A DNA stretch of 9,822 nt from Octopus sinensis (taxonomy: Eukaryota). The stretch lies in NCBI RefSeq assembly GCF_006345805.1, contig NW_021827746.1, forward strand, positions 1 to 9,822, in the 5' to 3' direction. How positions within the stretch are numbered: position 1 is the stretch's first letter; each line of letters starts with the position of its first letter. The notes below the pieces were generated by a model. The model was not told where the DNA came from. It did no database searches and saw only the letters and a program-made list of their open reading frames with translations. This document shows, in pieces, positions 1 through 6,414 of this stretch. The position numbers and the translations under genes are program-made.

Positions 1-92
1 TTTTGCATTATATATATGTGTACGTATGCATATATGAGAATATATATACTACACCGCAATAAGATGCATCACAATACACACATACGTAATGC

Positions 93-123
<31 letters not shown>

Positions 124-173
124 TTATATATGTGCGTTCTTCTGCATGTGCGTGTGTGTGTGTGTGTGTGTGT
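93..173. repeat. (CA)11 and (GT)11 dinucleotide microsatellites
   Basis: Perfect CA run at 93-114 and GT run at 152-173, read directly. Confidence 0.95.
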
Positions 174-396
174 TTCTGTCTGTGTGTCCTGTATTTCACA
201 AGCGACTGTTAATAATTCTTTGCACAGCGTAAATGTTGCTACGTGTCTGAACATACTTATACCACGAGTAACTCGTATTATTAATGCAGGAAGTAGCAGT
301 CGTGTGCACACAATCTGAAAGCACATTCATAACACCCCCCCACACACACACAGACACGTATTTTTACACATATATTTATGTATGTATATATATACA

Positions 397-630
397 CATG
401 GTTGGCCAAAAGTTACCCGACAGTAAATCAAAATCCTATAAATACTTAATATTCAGTTTTATTTATTCGTTCGGGAAAATGGTGTCGCTGAAGAAGGACT
501 TCAGTTTGAACAATCTTCAGACTGCTTCATATTTAGATGTTTCAATTAAATTCATTCAGTTGTTAAACATAAATAAATCTTGGAATTAAAAGGCTTTTAT
601 CTACTGTCAGGTGACTTCTGGCCAAACCTG
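397..630. mobile_element. Non-autonomous DNA transposon (MITE), probably Tc1/mariner-type
   Basis: 29-bp terminal inverted repeats: 397-425 CATGGTTGGCCAAAAGTTACCCGACAGTA vs reverse complement of 602-630 CAGGTTTGGCCAGAAGTCACCTGACAGTA (24/29). TA follows the right end (631-632); CA (possibly mutated TA) precedes the left end inside a TA run. CAG-starting TIRs with a TA target are typical of Tc1/mariner. Confidence 0.75.
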
Positions 631-714
<84 letters not shown>

Positions 715-716
715 TA
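631..716. repeat. Interrupted (TA)n microsatellite
   Basis: Direct reading; a few AA/CT interruptions. Confidence 0.95.
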
Positions 717-739
717 CTTTATTTTAGCAGCAAAAATTC

Positions 740-793
740 AACAAAATCTGTTACTCTGAGTTTCTCGTTGCCGTTCATCAGACAGTTTTTGCT
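740..793 (-). ncRNA. Type I hammerhead ribozyme motif (minimal helix III), left arm of the fold-back
   Basis: Minus strand reads AGCAAAAACUGU-CUGAUGA-ACG GCAA CGA-GAAA-CUCAGA-GUA|ACAGAUUUUGUU. Core CUGAUGA at 781-775, GAAA at 764-761, GUA cleavage triplet at 754-752. Helix I pairs 11/12 (one G-U, one A.A). Helix II is CG/CG closed by a GCAA tetraloop, with a non-canonical A.A at 10.1:11.1. Confidence 0.7.
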
Positions 794-801
794 TAGATTC
801 T

Positions 802-850
802 AGCAAAAACTGTCTGATGAACGGCAACGAGAAACTAGAGTACAGATTTG
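802..850 (+). ncRNA. Degenerate mirror copy of the hammerhead motif, right arm
   Basis: CTGATGA at 814-820 and GAAA at 831-834, then CTAGAGTACAG. One base is missing from the helix III loop and one at the cleavage-site/helix I junction relative to the left arm. Confidence 0.5.
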
Positions 851-896
851 TGTGAATTTCTGCTGCTTAAAATAAAGCATATTACTCTACCACTGG

Positions 897-978
897 TATA
901 TATATATATATATATATTATATATATTATATATATATATGTGTGTGTGTGTGTGGTGTGTGTGTGTGTGTGTGTGTGT
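897..978. repeat. Compound (TA)n-(TG)n microsatellite
   Basis: Direct reading. Confidence 0.95.
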
Positions 979-980
979 AT

Positions 981-1182
981 TGGATTCAAATAAGGGCACA
1001 AGCCCAGCAATTTCATGGAAGGGGGCAAAGTCGATTACATCGACCTCAGTACTCAGCTAGTACTTATTTTTTCGTCCCTGAAAGGATAAAAGGTAAATTC
1101 AAGCTCATCAGAATTTGAACTCAGAACGTTAAGGCAGGCAAAATACCGCTAAGCATTATGACCAGCGTGTTAACAATTCTGC
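981..1182 (-). mobile_element. tRNA-derived SINE, family 1 (tail type 1), lacking ~10 nt of its head
   Basis: Reverse complement aligns with the copies at 5768-6375: GCAGAATTGTTAACACGC..., B box GAGTTCAAATT, central CCTTTTATCCTTTCAGGGACGAAAAAATAAGTAC, tail ATTGCTGGGCTTGTGCCC. Confidence 0.85.
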
Positions 1183-1470
1183 ACATGGCCTAGTGGTTAG
1201 AGCAGCGGACCCCCGATCGAGGGATCGCTGGTTCGAATCTCAGACCGATGTGCGTGTTTATGAGCGAAATGCCTGAGCCCCACGCAGCTCCGGCAGAAGG
1301 TAATGGCGAAATTCTGCTGACTCTTTCGCCACAACTTTCTATCACTCTTTCTTCCTGCATCTTGCAGATCACCTGCGACGGACCGGTGTCCCTCCTGGTG
1401 GGGAATCGATACACCGGGAAACCGGCCCTATGAGCCAGTCATGGTTCGAGAAGTAACAAACAAAAGCAAA
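1181..1470 (+). mobile_element. tRNA-derived SINE, family 2 (resembles the octopus OR-type SINEs as I recall them)
   Basis: A box TGGCCTAGTGG at 1186-1196, B box GGTTCGAATCT at 1230-1240, A-rich 3' end AACAAACAAAAGCAAA. The first ~175 nt are homologous to the minus-strand copy at 2928-3118. Confidence 0.85.
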
Positions 1471-1675
1471 TTTTGGCGCAATGCCTGCAGTTCTGGGAGA
1501 GAAAGACGAGGTCAATGAAATCGAGAGGTGCGTTCAAAGGGTAATTATTTTATCGTCTCCGAAAAGATGAAAGGAAAAGTCAACCACGGCGAAATTTGAA
1601 CTCAGAACGTAGAGACGGACGAAATGTCGCTGAGCATTTTGCCCGGCGTGCTAACGGTTCAGCCAGCTCGCCACC
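1467..1675 (-). mobile_element. tRNA-derived SINE, family 1 (tail type 1), full-length and diverged
   Basis: Reverse complement begins GGTGGCGAGCTGGCTGAACCGTTAGCACGCCGGGC, has B box GAGTTCAAATT and ends GGCATTGCGCCAAAATTTG; aligns with 5773-5910 and 6188-6373. Confidence 0.85.
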
Positions 1676-1782
1676 TTTGACTATGTATATATTAATTATC
1701 TTTTAATGCCATACTATATTTAATAATAGTTTGATACACTTCTGAATGATTAGGCAATAGTTTTTGTTTGGGTTGTTGTTTA

Positions 1783-1842
<60 letters not shown>

Positions 1843-1989
1843 CACCACCACCATCATCAACACCACCACCACCGCCGCCCGCCACCGCCACCGCCACCAC
1901 CACCACCACCACCACCACCACCACCACCACCACCATCACCATCACCACCGCCGCCACCGCCGCCGCCGCTACTGCTGCTGCTACTGCTG
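1783..1989. repeat. Compound trinucleotide repeat (TAC)17-(CAC)n-(CAT)-(CGC/GCC)-(GCT)
   Basis: Direct reading; source of the poly-Y/H/P/T/L ORFs in the track. Confidence 0.95.
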
Positions 1990-2203
1990 TAGCTTTGATT
2001 CTATCATGTTTAAATATCTTTATTTCTTATATTTTTTTCAATATCAGTATTAAGAGATTCCGTTAATATCCGACCGACGTCCGATGTTTTAGTCTTAGTG
2101 ATACTATAACCAAATTTTATTTAGTATTAGATTTTGCTAACTTTGATAGGTCGTTAGTCTGTGTGTCTCAACCAGTAACATTAATGTAATTGACTAAAGA
2201 ATT

Positions 2204-2644
2204 AGTCGTTTACTGGAGAGAGGGATTCTCCAAAATATAGCATCAAATATTGCCGAGTACACATCTTAAAATAAAAAACAGTGACCAGCAAATGTAATAT
2301 ATCAGCAATATTTCGATCGTTGTTACATTCCACCGGCATCAGGTGTTTTAGTATTTTCAGGACAACCAAACTGAATTCAAAGGAGAAACCTTTCATCGTG
2401 ACCTAAAGACACTGCACACAAAGTCGTTTACTGGAGAGAAGGATTCTCCAAAATATAGTATCAAATATTACCGAGTACACATGAAAAAAAAAATACAAAA
2501 CCAGTGACCAGCAAATGTAATATATCAACAGTATTTCGATCGTTGTTACATTCCACCGGCATCAGGTGTTTTAGTATTTTGAGGACAACCAAACTGAATC
2601 CAAAGGAGAAACCTTTCATCAGGACCTAAATACACTGCACACAA
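2204..2644. repeat. Head-to-tail tandem duplication of a ~220-bp unit
   Basis: Copy 1 at 2204-2421 (218 bp) and copy 2 at 2422-2644 (223 bp), both AGTCGTTTACTGGAGAG...CACTGCACACAA. I count 10 substitutions plus one A-rich indel tract. Confidence 0.95.
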
Positions 2645-2730
2645 ATACATACCAAAAACGCACACACAACGCAGACGCACTGACAAAACAAAGCACACAT
2701 GCACATAAGGACATGCAAACACAGACACAC

Positions 2731-3118
2731 GTGGAAGCACTCCGTCGGTTACGACGATGAGGGTTTCGGTTGATCCGACCAACGGAACAGCCTGCTCGTG
2801 AAATTAACGTGTAAGTGGCTGAGCACTCCACAGACACGTGTACCCTTAACGTAGTTCTCGGGGATATTCAGCGTGACACAGAGAGTGACAAGGCCGGCCC
2901 TTTGAAATACAGGAAACACAGGTATAACAGGAAGAAAGAGTGAGAGAAAGTTGTGGTGAAAGAGTACAGCAGGGATCACCACCATCCCCTGCCGGAGCCT
3001 CGTGGAGCTTTAGGTGTTTTCGCTCAATAAACACTCACAACGCCCAGTCTGGGAATCGAAACCGCGATCCTACGACCGCGAGTCCGCTGCCCTAACCACT
3101 GGGCCATTGCGCCTCCAC
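2731..3118 (-). mobile_element. tRNA-derived SINE, family 2 head with an alternative 3' half
   Basis: Reverse complement starts GTGGAGGCGCAATGGCCCAGTGG (A box 3106-3096) with B box GGTTTCGATTCC (3063-3052). Matches 1181-1357, then diverges into a different ~200-nt tail ending CGTAACCGACGGAGTGCTTCCAC. Confidence 0.85.
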
Positions 3119-3567
3119 TATCCTCAGTGCAACTAGAATTCTACGTAGTAATTATTTCTACTGTTCCTTTCTTCCCCTTATATACAGCGAGTGAGAAGTG
3201 GACAGCCGAATGGCTATTTCAGTCTATTTCAGTTCATTGTTATTTAATTTTAGTGCTAATTGTTCAATCTTCTATAGAAGCTACTTGATGAGTGAGTGAG
3301 TATTTACTTCAAATACCACAACTGCTATCACAACAGTTCTCTTTCTCCTTGCATCTCCTTGCATTCTTGAAATCTCTAAACTGCACTGTGATGAAGTCGT
3401 CAAGTGTCAGAAATTACCGAAAGTACGTGGTGGTAGGGATGGGTCGAGGGGTTTCAAGGCGGTGGATCTGTTGGCCTCGGGGTTTATAACATCATTAAAT
3501 TTGTTTCATTCATTATTGACATTGTTGGCGTCAACCGATGTCCCCTTGTCCTCCACCTATAATAGTC

Positions 3568-3693
3568 TTCTTCATCTCCCTCTCCTCCTCCTCCTCCTCC
3601 TTCTTCTTCTTCTTCTTCTTCTTCTTCTTCTTCTTCTTCTTCTTCTTCTTCTTCATCATCATCATCATCATCATCATCTTCTTCTTCTTCTTC

Positions 3694-3738
<45 letters not shown>

Positions 3739-3815
3739 TTCTTCTTCTTCTTCTTCTTTGCTCCTTTCCTCCACTTCTTCTTCTTCCTCTCCTTCGTCTT
3801 CTATCTGTTCCTCCT
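3568..3815. repeat. Compound (CTC)n-(CTT)n-(CAT)n-(CTT)n-(CAT)n-(CTT)n trinucleotide repeat with degenerate CT-rich flanks
   Basis: Direct reading; source of the poly-E/D/K/M/L/F ORFs in the track. Confidence 0.95.
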
Positions 3816-3833
3816 GTTCTGTTGCGTTGCATT

Positions 3834-3906
3834 CAGGCATAGCTGTGTGGTTAAGAAGCCCACTTTGCCACAACGTGGTTCGGTTTCAATTCTCCTTAAT
3901 GGCACC
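3834..3906 (+). mobile_element. Truncated head of tRNA-derived SINE family 3
   Basis: CAGGCATAGCTGTGTGGTTAAGAAG...GGTTTCAATTC...TGGCACC parallels the heads at 7671-7750 and 5236-5199; cut off by the TA run. Confidence 0.6.
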
Positions 3907-3982
3907 ATATATATATATATATTATATATATATATAATATATATATATAATATATATATATATATTATATATATATATATAT
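3907..3982. repeat. Interrupted (TA)n microsatellite
   Basis: Direct reading. Confidence 0.95.
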
Positions 3983-3983
3983 A

Positions 3984-4262
3984 AAGTTATCCAAACAAGA
4001 AAACACAGAAAAAAAAAATAGAAAAACACACCAACGCAGGACGTGCAACAATTAAGTATTATTGACGCTCAGGAATATATATATATAGGGAGAATTCACA
4101 AGGAAAAGCAAAAGACGAAGATAGGTGGTGTAGACAACAAACAGATGTGTTAGTATAACGGTTGGAAAGGAAAAAGTCCTCAACGTTTCGGGCCTACGCT
4201 CTTCCACAGAAAGGAACACAGAAAGAAACAAGAAGAGAAAATAAAGAATGTGTAGTGGCTAG

Positions 4263-4264
<2 letters not shown>
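3984..4264 (-). mobile_element. Penelope-like element terminal fragments (two pieces separated by a short TA run at 4076-4086)
   Basis: Minus strand contains TTCTGTGGAAGAGCGTAGGCCCGAAACGTT, the CTG...hairpin...CGAAACGT signature typical of Penelope-like termini; flanked on both sides by (TA)n. Family assignment is from motif recognition only. Confidence 0.5.

Positions 4265-4337
<73 letters not shown>
4265..4337. repeat. Perfect (AT)36 microsatellite
   Basis: Direct reading. Confidence 0.97.
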
Positions 4338-4339
<2 letters not shown>

Positions 4340-4457
4340 GTATATCTGTTGCTCTTTGAATTTTTGTATGCATGCGAATTGACATCTTCTCCATCGCCTT
4401 TTAATAATTTGGTCAGAGCAAATAAAAAAAATTTCAATGAAATTATACCTTCTTAAC

Positions 4458-5236
4458 TTTTATTTCTTTACTCGTTTCAGTTATAAGACTGCGGCCATGC
4501 TGGGGCACCGCCTTGAAGAAATTTTAATCGAATGAATCGACTCCCATACTTTTTTAAAACTGGACACTATACATTAATGAAATATTTCTCCAGAATCTTT
4601 CAGTCATTTCCATTTTGTACATGTTTATTTAAAATAAATTTAGGTGATCTTAAACTTTTGAACTGTAGCATATGTAATATGGGCTTGTTTCAGATTCGCC
4701 TACCAAATACACTCAAAATGTTTTGGTCGGCCCGAGGTTTTAGCAGAAGACGCTTGCCAAAAGTGACACGCAGCGGGACTCAATCCTGAAATATGTGGTT
4801 GGGAAACATACTTCTTTATTTCATTTAATTTGCCACAAGGGCAGCACACAGATAGAAGCTTGCGGGCTGGACACAGACATTAATGGGACGAATGATAATG
4901 ATGCAAGGATGATAAGGATGGGAGAAGACGAAAAGCGCCCGCCGACTTTTGCTTCTCTAAAACATTGTTCTTTTTTCTTTTTTTTTTTATAAAAAACACG
5001 AGGCAACAAACCTCTTACATAGTTCAGAATTCTTTTTTTTCTTTTCTTTTTAAAACACAGTGAGGCTATAAACCTCGTACATAGTTCAATATTGAAAAAA
5101 ATCACATACACGAGACAATAAACCTCTCACTTTTTATTACATTTTGTAGACTCTTTTTGAGTCCAAACGTCCAATACTTCAAGTTTTCCGTCCGACCATG
5201 GGAAACATACTTCTTACCACCCAGCCACCTGCACCT
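4458..5236 (-). mobile_element. SINE family 3 (CORE-like central motif), split by an insertion at 4817-5198
   Basis: Head GGTGCAGGTGGCTGGGTGGTAAGAAG at 5235-5210; body ...CTGCGTGTCACTTTTGGCAAGCGTCTTC... at 4816-4690; tail CTCGTTTCAGTTATAAGACTGCGGCCATGCTGGGGCACCGCC (+ strand 4471-4512) shared with 6422-6463 and 9631-9673. Segment ~4580-4680 does not align well with the other copies. Confidence 0.8.
4817..5198 (-). mobile_element. 5'-truncated non-LTR retroelement 3' end (382 bp) with a 17-bp target-site duplication
   Basis: TGGGAAACATACTTCTT is repeated exactly at 4800-4816 and 5199-5215. The minus-strand 3' end TCTGTGTGCTGCCCTTGTGGCAAATTAAATGAAATA resembles the type 2 tails of SINE family 1. 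Confidence 0.75.
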
Positions 5237-5767
5237 ACAGATATTTTCGTTAGAGTACTAAATAAAAATATTTGCGGGATATACATTCATCAGTTTTTAC
5301 GATAATAACAGATTCATCCCAAATAATTGTAGCGAATTTTTGTAACGTACCATATTTGGTTCGAGGTTATATCGATTCTGATTCATATTCTTGCAACGTT
5401 TTTATATATTTCTTGCATAGAAATTAGCGTTCTGTACTACCGGTTGTCTCTGATATATTTGTATGAAGGCAATAATTATATTTTCTCCTCCAATATCATT
5501 TCCATGTGTTAATTCTCTTCTGCGCTACCAGTTTCTTTTTCATCCAGCCATCGTATTGTTACTGATGCCAATACCCTGTGGAAGCTGCTAAGGTGTTTCA
5601 TCAAGAAATGTTGGTATTTCTTAATGCCAAGGTCTTTCTCGATTCTTGCATTTCTTCATTCGGTGATGTCTTTCTTGATGGCTTTGGTGAATCATTCTTA
5701 TGGTGCCATTATTATATATGATTTATTCAGTAAAAGATTCTAAGTTATTGTTTTAATATTCTTTCCT

Positions 5768-6375
5768 TGTTGGGCGGCGAGCTGGCAGAAACGTTAACAC
5801 GCCAGGCGAAATGCTTAGCTGTATTTCGCCCGTCGCTACGTTGTGAGTTCAAATTCCGCCCAGGTCGACTTTGCCTTTCATCCTTTCGGTGTCGATAAAT
5901 TAAATACCAGTTACACACTGGGGTCGATGTAATCTACTTAATCCGTTTGTCTGTCCTTGTTTGTCCCCTCTGTGTTTAGCCCCTTGTGGGTAGTAAAGAA
6001 ATAGGTATTTCGTCTGCCGCTACGTTCTGAGATCAAATTCCGCCCAGGTCGACTTTGCCTTTCATTCATTCAGGGTCGATAAATTAAGTACCAGTTACCC
6101 ACTGGGATCGATGTAATCGACATAATCCGTTTGTCTGTCCTTGTTTGTCCCCTCTATGTTTAGCCCCTTGTGGGCAGTAAAGAAATAAGAATCGTTATCA
6201 CGCCTTGTAAAATGATTAGCGGTATTTCGCCCCTCTTTACGTCCTGCCGAGGTCGACTTTGCCTTTTATCCATTGGCACTCGATAAAATGAATAGCCAGT
6301 TGAAAACTGGGGTCGCTGTAATCGACTTTATCCCGCCTCCGAGATTGCTGGCCTTGTGCCAAAATTTGAAATCAC
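5768..6375 (+). mobile_element. Trimeric or nested SINE family 1 cluster: A 5773-6003, B 6004-6187 (5'-truncated), C 6188-6373
   Basis: Three aligned copies of GGTCGACTTTGCCTTT...GATAAA...CCAGTT...CTGGG.TCG.TGTAATC; B box GAGTTCAAATTCC at 5845-5857. The whole cluster is flanked by an 11-bp direct repeat TATTCTTTCCT (5757-5767, 6376-6386). Confidence 0.9.
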
Positions 6376-6414
6376 TATTCTTTCCTGGCATCTGTTTTCT
6401 CTTGTCTTGTCTTT

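Larger units (their letters stand above)
717..877. repeat. ~160-bp fold-back (long inverted repeat), probably an inverted duplication of a Penelope-like terminal sequence
   Basis: Arms 717-793 and 802-877 are reverse complements; 759-793/802-836 is a perfect 35-bp match; spacer TAGATTCT. Outer arms differ by a few substitutions and 1-nt indels. The Penelope assignment is inferred from the hammerhead motif. Confidence 0.9.

Noticed and set aside
264-276. ACGAGT-A-ACTCGT palindrome (also TAGAATTCTA at 3134-3143)
   Set aside because: Too short to be significant in 10 kb.
488-504. CTGAAG/CTTCAG hairpin with a CUGAAGA core-like heptamer in the MITE
   Set aside because: No downstream GAAA or enclosing helix; a 6-bp stem is expected by chance.
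717-877. Fold-back as a library or assembly chimera
   Set aside because: The arms differ by several substitutions and indels, whereas a read-level artefact should give identical arms; not fully excluded without reads.
1181-1247. tRNA gene (also 3045-3118 on the minus strand)
   Set aside because: A and B boxes are present, but the acceptor and anticodon stems do not pair, there is no poly-T terminator, and the sequence continues into a SINE body.
2290-2345. Second hammerhead-like string CTGATG...CGAAAT on the minus strand of the tandem unit
   Set aside because: A9 is missing and no helix I can be formed.
2380-2445. C2H2 zinc-finger linker relic (GE-PFH and TGEK-like codons)
   Set aside because: The motifs are ~45 nt apart, the 220-bp period is not a multiple of 84 nt, and no Cys/His pattern is present.
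5287-5293. Isolated minus-strand CTGATGA heptamers (also 8243-8249)
   Set aside because: No helix II plus GAAA follows; chance 7-mers.
5240-5710. Decayed LINE ORF on the minus strand (…KAIKKDITE*RNARIEKDLG…)
   Set aside because: About 8 stops in 140 codons is what AT-rich random DNA gives, and there is no diagnostic motif.
5773-6373. CRISPR-like array of repeated motifs
   Set aside because: Units are ~185-230-bp homologous SINE copies with no unique spacers; eukaryotic context and no cas genes.
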